Origin: Leucoraja erinacea
Taxonomy: Eukaryota
Length of the DNA stretch: 64,000 nucleotides
NCBI RefSeq assembly: GCF_028641065.1
Contig: NC_073406.1
Span: 16,926,001 to 16,990,000 of the forward strand
Direction: 5' to 3'
Part shown: positions 51,101-63,559 of the stretch, piece by piece
Numbering within the stretch: the first letter of the stretch is position 1
How the letters are laid out: each line of letters starts with the position of its first letter
Made by a program: the position numbers and the translations under genes
The notes under the pieces: generated by a model
Told to the model about the DNA's origin: nothing
The model's database searches: none
The model's input: the letters and a program-made list of their open reading frames with translations, nothing else

Positions 51101-54095
51101 TGTGGCGATCCCTGGAAGCGATGATGCGATGCACTCTGTAACGCCTCGGGCGACAATTCTGTCAATATGTCGGACAACAGAAGCCCAGAAGCCCAATATG
51201 TCGGACAACAGAAGCTCCAGAAGCCCAGAAGCGAGCTCCATCGCCTGACACACGAGCGAACGAAGTCCCTCTCAGAACCTTGAATGTCTCACTCCAATAA
51301 AACTTCAGTGAGTTTTAGTCACTTTTAATCATGCTGCCCTAATAGGATGAACATCAAAAAACTATAAATGTTAGAAAACTTAAATAAAAAAGGTAAAAAC
51401 TGTTTATTTTGCCACAGATGTTGCGCATTTCCAGAATTTTCTGCTTCTGACTGTAGGGCAATCCCGTTATAGAGGAATGGAAGATTGAAGATGGGAGATG
51501 GTGGAAAAGTGATAACAGTTAACGGACATGGTGGGCTGAAGGGTCTGTTCCTGTGTTAGCGTTAACCTGTTTGTTGAGTTTCTGATAAAATTAAGTTGCA
51601 TACTTAAGGGAATAAAAGCAGTCTTGATCCACAGTTTAATACACGGCTTTTCTGAGTATCTCAGTAAGTACACTCACATAAAGCCATCGAGTACGATCTG
51701 TCTTCAGCTCTAGAAGAGCTGCCCATTGAACATTAGTTTTCTCACTAAAGGCACCCGATGAGTTTGCAACTTTGTCAGGCTAAATTTGCACAGTTGGGTT
51801 CAAGTGTGAAATATGGACAAAGCCAAAATATGTAATTATTTTTTTCTCCTGGCATGTAGTTGATGCTGGCTTAGTCAGATTTAAAGCCTATCTGCATGAT
51901 GCCAGAAGGGTTGACAACTAGCTTTCCTTTTGAGAGACAGTGATCGGTTCTGTAGCTGATGAGATGGAATTGATGCAGACTAAAATTAAAAGACACTGAT
52001 ATTGCAACCAAGACCAAGGCTTTCAGGAAATGTAAATACAAAGCATTTTTTTTTCCTCTTCTAATCAACCAAAAAGCATCAACCAAAAAGGCATAGAAAG
52101 TAGTAATAAACGGGGATTAGTATAGATATCTGATGGCCAGCATGGACATGGTGGGCTGAAGAGCCTGTTCCTGTGCTGTATAACTCCATAGGAATAACAA
52201 CTATGTACCAAATTATTATAGCCAACTGCCTTTTCTTCATATTGGACTAAATGCTGAGTTAGCATTCTCATTTTGTTTTATATTTTACAGCCAGAATGTT
52301 AAACATTTAAATGTTAAAATTGTCAGATGCCGACTGGAACTTTTGGAAACATTACTTCGAACAGTACAATGCAGCAACAGGTCCAGCAGCCTACAATGTC
52401 TGTTCCCAAACACGATGCCAAGATAAATGAATCTTATCATCCTGCACATAATCCATCCCTCCATTCTCTGTAACATTGTAACTACATAACTTCAAAAAAC
52501 ATAAAATATCAATGGAACCATACACTGAAAATTCTCGATAATATATTTATATAGACATATATAATAGAATAAAGACAGGAATCATACAGTAATGTAAATT
52601 ATTTATACTTCCAAGGCCCTTCAAAAGATGCCACTAAATAGATTTATGCATAACATCACAGCAAGCAGACTAAGGTACTAACAAACAGCTACTCACTGAA
52701 CTGTTTCTAACGTTGGTTAGATAATATTTGGAGTAGTGTAAGCTCTGATCGAGAGCCAAGGCAAAGGCGTGAGGGTTGAAAATTCTCGTTCAATGCAGCG
52801 AATGTATATGATTTTGAAGGTAAGGCAGGGGGTGCAAAAAAGGTTTCATGAGGATGGTATGAAGAGCCAACAGATTGGAGCCATTGGGTCTCTTTTCCCT
52901 TGAAGGTTAGCAGAGGACTGTATAAATTGTTCTTTTGTGGACTAGATGAAGGTGATGTTCCCCTGGGATTGGAGTTAGAGGTTTTTTTAAAAAATATTAA
53001 TGAACTGTTCTATATTAATATCCTGGACTGGAGAAGGGTCCCGACTCAAAACACCACCTGTCCATTCCCTCAACAGATGCTGCCTGACATGCTGTGCTCC
53101 TCCACCTGCGTTGCTTGTGGAAGAATTATGTTTAGTATAAATAAAGGACTGACAGTCAATCTTGATATTTTGTCCTGGATAGCTTTGAACCTCTTGAACA
53201 TTGCTGAGCTGTCTTGCAGGCTAGTGGAGAACATTCCACCATATTCCCAATTTGTGCCTTAAAAACATAGAAAATAGGTGCAGGAGGAGGCCATTTGGCC
53301 CTTTGAGCCTGCACCACCATTCATTGTGATCATGGCTGATCATCCACAATCTTGATAGTATTATGATGAGCCCCACCATACAAGCCAACAGCATGGGCTT
53401 TCTGGTGAGAAACCTGACAAATATCCATAAACGACACAAGAAACTGCACAAGAACAAAAAATGATAGCAGATACCATGAAGGGAAAGATGTAGGGCAGAT
53501 GGAAACAGATAGGGAAGGAAATTAAATGCTGGATAGTCAGCAGGAAGTCAGGAGGGGAAAGAGGATGAAAATAGGTGATGGAAGGGTGCGAAAATAGGGA
53601 TTTGGGACCGTCATACAACATGGAACCTGTCCTTTGGCCCGACACGTCCATGCAGACCAAGATGATTAATTCAATCTAGTCGCATGAATGGAAGCAAACA
53701 TAGGAGAGGGGGAATCGGAAGTGTTACCCGAACTTCAATAGGCAATGGTCAGAGATAGTAAACATGTGGAATACCGTTACGTGTTAGGAGCATAGTAAGA
53801 TATCGTTAAGAGTATTCTAATCAGTTCATGAGAGGGCAACGGCCAGGGATGGCGTGGATCTCAGTCGTACAGTTAGTACTCTAGCACTTGCAGCAACTCC
53901 CCGGGCACCCGGGACCGAGCTCGGGGAACCAGCTCACACCCCGGCTCCCTGCAGTGGCCAGGGTAGGGGACCCGCGGCCCGGCTCCGTCCTGACTCCCAC
54001 CCCGAGGACTGAGGCCACCCGCCGCACAACCGGACCAGAGCCGGTCCCCTCCCCTCCCCTCTCCTCTCCCCGCCTCGGACCGGGTCCCTCACCAT

Positions 54096-54165
54096 CCCGG
54101 CCGGGCCTTCGCCCTATCCCCGGGCCGGGCCTTCGCCCTATCCCCGGGCCGGGCCTTCTCCCCAT
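54096..54165 (+). repeat. 24-bp GC-rich tandem repeat (about 3 units) at the start of PPIH intron 1
   Basis: CCGGGCCTTCGCCCTATCCCCGGG repeated. Confidence 0.8.
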
Positions 54166-54254
54166 TCCCACTTCCCACTTCCCACCCCGGGCTTGCAAAC
54201 ATTATCCACTGCCCCCTCTCCCTCTCCCCTGGCCGGGCCGGGCCTGTTCCTCAC

Positions 54255-54320
54255 CTGGCCGCCGATGGTGATGTCGAAGAACACGACAGGGTTGTTGGGA
54301 TTGAATGGCGGAGCCGCCAT
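54255..54320 (-). CDS. PPIH: Peptidyl-prolyl isomerase H (cyclophilin H) exon 1 (MAAPPFNPNNPVVFFDITIGGQ)
   Basis: 66-nt exon; NPVVFFD motif; CAG|GTGAG donor; further in-frame ATGs upstream at 54326 and 54350. Confidence 0.92.
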
Positions 54321-54498
54321 GCCCATAGATGCTCTAGGATCTTTGGCCATGCCGGGCGAGGGGGTTGATCTTCTTTCCGCTCCGCGTGGGCTGATGAACA
54401 AGTGGGGCAACGACCCGGGCGCCGCCTCCCTGGGACCAAAGATCTTATAGCGCTATAAGATCTTTGCAAAGTACTTGGCCTGGGACAGCCCTGCTAAA

Positions 54499-56393
54499 GG
54501 GTGATTTCACGAAAGGTCACTGGGTCATAGATCCTCACCCACGTGACCGCAAAATTTAACTGGGGTACAAACGTCACTTCCAGTTCATGTTATTGATGCT
54601 AGAAACGCGAACTTTCAAACCCGTTAAAAACCGCGAAAGCGGCCCGTTTTTGAGCTGTAAATAACTGTGCCAGTCGGGGTGACCGCGAGACTGAGAGTGT
54701 GGGGAGAAGGAGACATAGAGATATGGAAGTGTAAGGTGTGAAAACAAGACACCAAAGGGGATGAAGTTCAATGAAAATTGAGAATAGCTCGAAGAAGGGA
54801 ACAGCGAAGCATACAGAGATAACATTTAATCAGAAGATAAACACATTCCTGCTCTCCAGAGATGCTGCCTGCCCCGCTGAATTACTCCAGCTTTTTGTGA
54901 TGGATAAAGAGAAAGAGAGGGAGAGAGGGAAAGCAAGGGTTACTTGAAGTTAGAGAAGTCAATGGTCATACCGCTGGGGTGACAGCTGCCCCAGCGAAAT
55001 GGGAGGTGCTGTTGAATGTTGAAATACGGCGAACAGCCTCATGCTATGATAATGTGTTACCTTTTCACACTTTACACTTCATTTTCTCTGTGGTTCCCTC
55101 TCCCCTGACTCTCAGTCTGAAGATAATATCACCTATTCCTTCTCTCCAGAGATGCTGCCAGCATTTTGTGTCTGTCTATCTCTTTGCCATAGAGGGAGTG
55201 CAGAGAAGGTTCACCAGATTGATTCCTGGGATGTCAGGACTGTCTTATGAAGAAAGACTGGAAATACTTGGTTTATACTCTCTAGAATTTAGGAGACTGA
55301 GAGGGGATCTTATAGAAACTTACAAAATTCTTAAGAGGTTGGACAGGCTAGATGCAGGAAGATTGCTCCCGATGTTGGGGAAGTCCAGGACAAGGGGTCA
55401 CTGCTTAAGGATAAGGGGGAAATCCTTTAAAACCGAGATGAGAAGAACTTTTTTCACACAGAGAGTGGTAAATCTCTGGAACTCTCTGCCACAGAGGGTA
55501 GTTGGGGCCAGTTCATTGGCTATATTTAAGAGGGAGTTAGATGTGGCCCTTGTGGCTAAGGGGATCAGAGGGTATGGAGAGAAGGCAGGTACGGGATACT
55601 GAGTTGGATGATCAGCCATGATCATATTGAATGGCGGTGCAGGCTCGAAGGGCCGAATGGCCTACTCCGGCACCTAATTTCTATGTTTCTATGAGGCAGT
55701 CTGCCCCAAAGATCCTATCGGGTGATTTCACGAAAGGTCACTGGATCATAGATCCTCACCCACGTGACCGCAAAATTTAACTGGGGCACAAACGTCACTT
55801 CCAGTACATGTTATTGATGCTGAAAACGCGGACTTTCAAACCTGTTAAAAACCGCGAAAACGGCCCGTTTTTGAGCTGTAAATAACTGTGCCAGTCGGGG
55901 TGACCGCGAGACACAGTTATCTTACGTTAGAGTCCAGAAGATAAACAAAAACGAAGGTAAAGACAAGAGAGCGCTGAAGGGGAAAATAACAGTGGAAGTT
56001 GTTGGTCGTGCAGATATAATGATCGAAAATATCGGGATTTTATTGCGTTTGCTCATTGCATTTCATCAAAACTAAGGCATTATTGATGTTTTGATGAAAT
56101 GCAGTGAGCAAACGCGATAAAATCCCGATATCTTCAAGTAACCCTTGCTTTCCCTCTCTCCCTCTCTTTCTCTCTATCCATCACAAAAAGCTGGAGTAAT
56201 TCAGCGGGGCAGGCAACATCTCTGGAGAGCAGGAATGTGTTTATCTTCTGATTAAATGTTATCTCTGTATGCTTCGCTGTTCCCTTCTTCGAGCTATTCT
56301 CAATTTTCATTGAACTTCATCCCCTTTGGTGTCTTGTTTTCACACCTTACACTTCCATATCTCTATGTCTCCTTCTCCCCACACTCTCAGTCT
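54499..56393. repeat. Complex duplication: 193-bp direct repeat, 262-bp inverted repeat, 44-bp hairpin
   Basis: 54499-54691 = 55720-55912 (direct); 54688-54949 = reverse complement of 56132-56393; hairpin arms 56029-56072 and 56088-56131. Confidence 0.92.
55182..55693 (+). mobile_element. CR1 3' end, well preserved
   Basis: Open frame AIEGVQRRFTRLIPG...EKAGTGY*, 3' UTR and TTCTATGT tail. Confidence 0.92.
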
Positions 56394-57069
56394 GAAGAAG
56401 GGTATGAAGAAGCAAGCAAGAATTTCATTGTCCTATCTGGGACACATAACAATAAACTCTCTTGGCTTGACCTGAAATGTCATCCATTCCTTCTATCCAG
56501 AGATGCTGCCGGTCCCGCTGTGTTACTCCAGCATTTTGTGACTATATTCTGTCCTGCCCCCTCCAACCCACAGCGAGGCAGCCTGAGACCCACACTCCCA
56601 CATCAGCACTGCGCTAGTGAGGCTGTATTTGGTGTACTGTGTCCAGCTTTGGGCTGTCGGAAGGATGTTGTTAAGCTGGAAAGCGTGCAGAGAAGATTTA
56701 ATACATAAGACGCCAAGGTCGTACAGATTTGTAAGTTAATTGGCTTGGTATATATGTAAAAAATGTCCCCAGTGCAGGTGTTAATGTGCGGGGATCGCTG
56801 GTCCGCGCGGATTCGGTGGGCCGAATGGCCTTTTTCGTGCTGTATCGCTAACCTAGCTAAACTAAATAAGACCTGAAGAAGGGTCCAAACTGAAGGAGAT
56901 TAGTTTAACTTGGCAGCGTTTTTAGCACAGACATAGTGACCTGAAGGGTCTGCTCCTGTACTGTACTATTCTATGTTCACGTCACCTATTCCTTTCCTCC
57001 AGAGATGCTGCCTGACCCGATCAAAGCAGACGATGATCAAGGAAATGTAGAATGGTTTATTGGTCGCTA

Positions 57070-57420
57070 AGTGGAAGGTGACTTGCTGGCGGAACGAAGT
57101 GTTGACGCTCATTTGTTCGGGAGCACCCGGACGGGGTTGCGGGACGGGCTGGGGGAGCGTATTGTGAGGGCACAGGAAGCGGCGGGAGGAGTTTGTGGCG
57201 CGGACCGATTGTGGGCGGTTGGGGATGGCGCTGCCGCCACAGTGACGGGCACCGCTCGCTCGCTCGCTCGCCATGAACTCGGAGACTGTGCAGCTGGGTG
57301 GCGCGGGCAGCAGCGCGGGCGTCAGCGGTGAGATGGGGACTGGCGTGCGGCCTCCACCCGGCCGGGGATTGAGGGCCGGTGTCGGGGGCGCGTTGGTGTC
57401 ACGAGTCCAGGGCCCCAAGG
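57070..57420. promoter_or_regulatory. TAF10 CpG island/promoter
   Basis: CpG-rich block around exon 1 with ETS-like GGAAG and GC-box motifs. Confidence 0.7.
57273..57327 (+). CDS. TAF10: TATA-box binding protein associated factor 10, coding exon 1 (MNSETVQLGGAGSSAGVS)
   Basis: GCCATG start in a CpG island; G|GTGAG phase-1 donor compatible with exon 2; peptide itself is poorly conserved. Confidence 0.78.
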
Positions 57421-57870
57421 GGTCACGTGTCCCGGGGACCATGAGGGTCAAGTGCCCAGGGCCCCCAAGAGATCACATGTTCAAATGGTCACGAGTCCAG
57501 GACCCCAAGGGGTCACGTGTCCAAAGGGTCACGTGCCCAGGGCCCCATGGGGTCACATGTCCGCAGTGGGGATAGGAGGCACGTGTCCAGTGCTCCTACT
57601 GTGTCATGTGTTACAGTATCACGTGTCCAGGGGCCCCACAGGGTCATGTGTCCGAATTGCTCACGTGTCCCAGGGCCCCGGATGGCATTTCCAAGGGCCC
57701 CTGGTAGTCCCGTGTCTAGAGCACCTGGTCATTGTGGTCAGGGACCTCGGGTGATGTGTCCACAGCCCTAGGCATCACATGCAGGGCTCCTGGAGTCATG
57801 TGTCCAAGCCACTCGAGGGTCTTGTGTCCAAGGTTGTGTGTCTAAGGCCCCCGGAGGGATACGTGGCCAG
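57396..57870 (+). repeat. Degenerate minisatellite (GGGTCACGTGTCCAGGGCCCC-like unit) in TAF10 intron 1
   Basis: More than ten imperfect units; six CACGTG hexamers. Confidence 0.8.
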
Positions 57871-60521
57871 GGTCACCAGTGCACAGCTGCAATGCAAGGC
57901 AGCAGGTCTCCACAGGAGTGCAGTGGTGATCAGGAGACTCGTGCATTGCCTAGACAGCCCACCAGGTTCAGTGATGTCACCTAGAGAAGAAGATATCCCG
58001 GCGTTTAGCATTTAGTCCAACTAGCCTGTCATTGACTGCAGCATCAGCCATCCCTCAATCCACTACATTAACAGACATATAAATAAAAATATAAAGGCTT
58101 AATGGGAATGTGCAATTCTTCTCCTGTGCTCTCTAGCATCAGGTCCAAAGCTGTCAGCATGTTCTCCCTCCAGTTTTCTCCAGCATGCGATACATTGAGC
58201 AAAAGACAAACTGCTGGAAATCTTGGTGGGTCAGGCAGCATCTGTGGAGGCATATTGATGGCTAACCATCCAGTTGCGATGCAGGGTTTGAACCCAAATT
58301 GTCAATCATACTTTTGCCTAAATAGATGCAGCTGGACCCACTGAGTTCTCCGAGCAGTTTTTTTTTTTGTGCCATAATCCAACATCTGCAGTCTCTTGTA
58401 TCTTTATGATACATTGAACTTGCCTATTCTACTCTTGAAATTCTCTGCCGCCCAACTTGGTTAACTATCCTTGGTTTCATTTTTGTCTGTCCATGTCATA
58501 CTGGTTTGTTCTCCAGACTTCTCTTTCCTGAACGTTTTTTGAATGGGACCTTTTGAAAGATCCGTCCTTGTCAAGCCCACCATACCAAACTACTCTTGAC
58601 GACATCAATTCTGTACTTTGAGGAGTCACACAATGTGGTTACAGTGGTCTCCTCCAGTGGTCATCGTTTAATAACTCCTTTGCATCAATGCTTCTGTCTG
58701 CTCCATCTTTGTCCTTGGTTTCTGGTAATGCATCATGTCATTTTGCATTTTTGACCTTTTGCTCTCTGCTCCTAAATCCACAATGTAAAATTATGTTCAT
58801 ACTTTATGGATCAACTTCACTAACCTGAAGCAACTTCAAGCACTATTTAGCAATTTTCCATTCTGCAGCTTTACAACAATCCTGTTAACACCCTTTGGTA
58901 GCAAACCATTTTATCATGCTGCTAGATCTCTTAAGCAAGGTACTGTTGTCTTGCCTTTACAGTTCTGTCCTTTCCATTTGATTTGCCTCTTGTTATTCCT
59001 CTCAGCTTTGGATGAAATGTTTGCAGCACTCCCATGGAATAACATTCTTATTTTTTTCTTCCATCTGTTCTGATGCCTTTTTATTTAACCCTTTCCTGCA
59101 CTAAAATTCCACCTAGTTGTCATTTTGTGTCTTGTTCAAGAGGTGTGGTTTTGAGTCCCTCTGTGGAATACCTAACCATACAAGTTATGCAGCCACACGT
59201 TCCAGAGAAGTGGTCTCGACTTGAAACATCAACTCTCCATTTCCCTCCACAGATGCTTCCTGAGTTGCTGAGCTCCTCTCGCAGTTTGTTTATTTTTGAT
59301 CCATTCCTTATTGTCCTTTTAAAAGGCAGCGCTGGTCTACTGAAGCACGTTTCCAGTAGAGGAACCCATGAAGCATAACAGTGGTGGTTCATGACTTATT
59401 CTTAACTTTTTCCTCCTTCTGCATCCCTCAAAACATTCACCACAGCCTTGGTAACCTTGCACTTAATTAATTCTTTATTAAGACGTTGCGAGAGGCTGGC
59501 AAATCAAAGAAATCAGGATTAAATAAGTTATCTTGGTTACTGTGCCTACGATGTATGATCATTTGGATCCAGCTTGGAAAGATGACTGAGAATTTGCATT
59601 GTATTGTATTAGGCTGATCCAGTCAGGGCTAGAAAAGCAGGAGAGTTTAGATTTAACTTGAACATTGTAATTCGGATACAAATAACAAAACATTTGTATT
59701 CTGGACTTAATTGAGCATCCCATCATTTTCCTCCCTCGTTTAATTATATATATATTTTAGTTTGATAATAATGATGACAGGCAGAATACTATTCCATGTT
59801 GATGTGATTTTGTCAAATACACAACATTCCCTAATCCATATTTTTAACTATACAAAATATAACTGTATGTGTCTGAAATGGAAGAACGACTGCGTTTTGC
59901 ACCTGCAACTTTAATTCTATTTATTTTTCAGTGGATGTTGCATTACCTGCAAAATAAAACCAATATTTTCTATTTTATTTCAATTTTACTGAGTTTGCTG
60001 TGGAGAATATATGAAAAGCTTTGTCCCATTTTTGGCTAACATCAGTTGTGATGTAACAAGAGAAAAGGGCAGTTAATATTTTCCCGTCGGGCAGAACATA
60101 CAAAAGCTTGAAAGTGCGTACCACCAGATTGAGGAACAGCGCCATTTCTCTCTGTTATCAGACTTCTGAACAGTCCTACCATAAGTTAAGGTGTAGTGCA
60201 GTTCCTCCAACATACCTCATTACGGGAATTATTTTTCTCTGGAACTGTAACACTGTAATGCGGAAAAAGTATTTTCGGTACTCTGGTATTTTTCTCTTTG
60301 CTCATACTACTGCACTTGCGCATGGCTTGAATGAATTCCTGTATAGTGTTATCTGATGTGATTGTATAGCAGGCAAATAAAAGCTTTTAATACTTGTGAC
60401 AGTAATAAAACAATAGCAATTTAGCATCAGTAAAGTTATTATTTTCTGCGCTGCAGCTTTCAGCAAGGTCAGTTTTCTGTTGCTATGCTAATAAATGTTA
60501 CTTTTCTTCTTGTGTCTTCAG

Positions 60522-60670
60522 TGGCAAATGCTGCTTCCTCTGCAACAGAGACATCTGTTTCAAATGGTGTCTACGTTCCTCAAGGGATTGCCAATGGGGA
60601 TGTCAAACCTGTTATATCAACAACACCATTGGCAGATTTTCTTATGCAATTGGAAGATTATACACCAACA
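60522..60670 (+). CDS. TAF10: TAF10 exon 2 (VANAASS...SNGVYVPQGIANGDVKPVISTTPLADFLMQLEDYTPT)
   Basis: 149-nt exon; NGVY, NGDVKPV and PLxDFLMQLEDYTPT motifs of TAF10. Confidence 0.96.
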
Positions 60671-61726
60671 GTAAGTTTATATGCTGCATTTCACTAATTC
60701 ATTATGGCTGGCACTCCAGTTTCTTACCCTACTTGTTAGTTAAATAAATAAAGTACTTGTAGAAACTCTTTCCAAGTCTTGACATTTCGGATCAGAATCA
60801 GTTTGAAGATGGGCTTCGACCCAAAACATTGCCTATCCATTTCTTTCACAGATGTATGAGTTGTGTGGCTGATGTGTTGAGTCCCTCCAGCACTATGTTT
60901 TGCTCAAGATTCCAGCATTTCCTACCTCTTGTGTCTTTGATTACAACCTGCAAATAATTTTAGTTGTTTTCTTATGTGACAGAATACTATGTTAATGCAA
61001 ATATAAATGAGTAAAGACAACATAACTCCATATATTTGGCTGTAACATTCCCTGTACCATTACACATAGGAGCGCTAAATGGAATTATGTAGAAAATAAA
61101 TGTTTGAAAATTTGGTGACATGTGGAACAGTAGATGCTAGTTTACACAAAATGATGCAAAGTGCTGGAGTAATTCAGCGAGTTAGGCAGCATCTCTGAGG
61201 AATATGGATAGGTGATGTTCTGGGTCGGGACTGTTCTTTAGACTGATTGTCATGGGGGTGGGGGGGGGGGGGGGAGAGAGCTGGAAGAGGGGGGAAAGTT
61301 GCGAGATAAAGCCTGGCAAGTGATAGGTGGATACAGGTGAGAGGAGCGAAATGTAAAGTGTCGCCTATCCATATTCTCCGGAGATGCTGCTTGAACTGCT
61401 GAGTTATTACAGCACTTGTTTTTTTATATTTGGTAGTTGATATTCTCATTAGTTTAAGTACAGAAATTTTGGAAAACAGATGTTGTGTTAGAACTTGTAT
61501 TGAATATGACCATTTAGAAAGTGCTGTTGCAGCCATTTAAGAATATATAAATCACTTGTTATGTGATGTTGGTGTGGTGATATCTCTGTAATATATCACC
61601 TATGTTGTCATTACATATGGTTAACATTTGTTAATGGTATTTTTCAAACACCATGCATTTTCTACCTTAATTACGTGTATAGTTAATTCACTTTCTAAAT
61701 GCTGCTTGTTTTTTGGAACACTTTAG

Positions 61727-61791
61727 ATACCAGATGCTGTAACAGGATACTATCTGAATCGAGCAGGGTTTGAGGCTTCTGATCCACGCAT
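61727..61791 (+). CDS. TAF10: TAF10 exon 3 ([22 protein letters not shown])
   Basis: 65-nt exon, TAG/GTAAG boundaries; histone-fold region. Confidence 0.97.
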
Positions 61792-62448
61792 GTAAGTTAG
61801 TGCATTGAGCAATTCAGGCAATGGAATGGATTCACATTTCTATATTGAGAAACCCCATTTTTTAAATGTTTTAAAAGTTGATGCAGGGTGTTTCACACGC
61901 TTTTGTTTCAGATAGCTATTCAATTTTTTTTAAGCCCCATTTGTTACAAATTTGCTCAGTGGTTAAAAACTGAATGTATGCCAGAAACCTTTCCTACCCC
62001 CTTGTTGTGTTTATTTATGAATCGATATTCCGAGGAGGCGAGCACAGAACATTGCACAGTGCAACACAGGACAGGCCCTTCAGCCTGTTGTATATCAATG
62101 TTGTTAAGATTCTTGCCATTGACCACACTTTTACCTTGCATTCAACCTCAAATAGTGCAACCTCACACTTGCTCTGAAATCCATCTACCATTTCTTACCC
62201 CATATCTGTAACTGGTTTAGAACTAGATGATCACAATTGCTGGAATTTTATCACTTGAAAAACTCGCAAGATGTTAACTCAGTAGAAATTTTCTGGGATG
62301 TTTAAACAACACATTTTGCTTGGTAACATGAAAAGTACTGATTTTTGAAAGTATTTTGGTAATTTATAAAATCTTCCTTAAGTTTGTGTTGATTTACTAC
62401 AAAATTGGTTGTATGCACAGGCTTTTGATCACATTGTTTTCTAAACAG

Positions 62449-62563
62449 AATCCGTTTAATATCTTTGGCTGCACAAAAGTTCATCTCAGATATTGCAAAC
62501 GATGCCCTGCAGCACTGTAAAATGAAAGGAACTGCATCAGGAAGCTCCAGAAACAAAAGCAAG
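62449..62563 (+). CDS. TAF10: TAF10 exon 4 (IRLISLAAQKFISDIANDALQHCKMKGTASGSSRNKSK); last exon beyond the window
   Basis: 115-nt exon, CAG/GTTTGT boundaries; histone-fold helix. Confidence 0.97.
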
Positions 62564-63331
62564 GTTTGTTCATATTGAGCATTACTTGCACAAAATTGCT
62601 TGAAATACAGGAAAGTTTTATCCATGTCACCCTAAGGATGTAAGAACAGGATATGTACGTTTAAAAGTTTAAAAATATATGATGTACAAGACTGCAGTAT
62701 TGTAATTTGGAATTATTCACTCTTTGAACCATTACTCTTTGTTGGTTAGAATACTTTTTGGCCACAGCAACTTGGTGATCAGCATAAATTGGTGATTGGT
62801 GAACAGCTCCAATAAATTATCAAACTTTAAATGTTCTACATATTTACCTTTAGGTGTAAACAACTTCTGGTGAGAAAACGTTCTCATAAGATTGTACCAT
62901 TAAATTCCAAATGTCAGACCATTGTCGTATCATGTTGGAATTGCTTTGCCTGGCCCTGCCTCATTGAAAATCACACAGAAATTACAAATTGAAGAATAAT
63001 CATTTGGCTCAAGTATGGCATGTTGGTGCAAACCAAAGTCCTGCAGATTCTAAAAATCTGAAATATATACAGAAAATACCAGAAACGTCTGGCAATTAAA
63101 GTCTCAGTTGGTGACTTTTCATCAGCTCAATGCTGATGTCACCTAGAATGTTATTTCTGTTTGTGCCTGACCTGGTGAAGATTCCCAATATATTTTATTT
63201 TTATTTTCATGCCTTCCTCACAATCTGCAGCTGTATCAAATTTAGTTTTGCACTACTCTCCAATCTCCTACTTTCACCACAACCGTCTCACTACCCCAAG
63301 ATCATTCCCAGTATTTGATTCAAATTGCTAA

Positions 63332-63559
63332 AGGGCCTGTCCCACTTTCACGATCTAATTCACGACCACTGCCGAGTTTGCCCTTGACTCGTACTCGCAG
63401 CAAGGTCGTCACGAGGTTGTAGGTAGGTCTTAGGTAGGCTGTGATGCTAGTTGTAGGTACTCGTGGCATCAAGTAGGTCGGGGTGTTTTTCTAGCCTGAT
63501 GAAAAATGTCCAGGAGTAAAAAAGGCCCTGAATTAGGTCGTGAAAGTGGGACAGGCCCT
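63332..63559. mobile_element. Harbinger-family MITE (228 bp) in TAF10 intron 4
   Basis: 31-bp TIR with 1 mismatch beginning AGGGCCTGTCCCACTT; TAA TSD on both sides; no ORF. Confidence 0.92.

Larger units (their letters stand above)
53880..54470. promoter_or_regulatory. PPIH CpG island / 5' region
   Basis: GC- and CpG-rich block around exon 1. Confidence 0.75.

Noticed and set aside
54979-55602. 207-aa ORF between PPIH and TAF10
   Set aside because: Chance fusion of repeat fragments to a CR1 ORF2 C-terminus; not a host gene
54574-56708. Two ORFs starting with identical MLSLYASLFPSSSY sequence on opposite strands
   Set aside because: Product of the 262-bp inverted duplication of repeat DNA
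57396-57870. Repeat-spacer-like pattern resembling a CRISPR array
   Set aside because: Eukaryotic intron, degenerate units with irregular spacing, no cas genes
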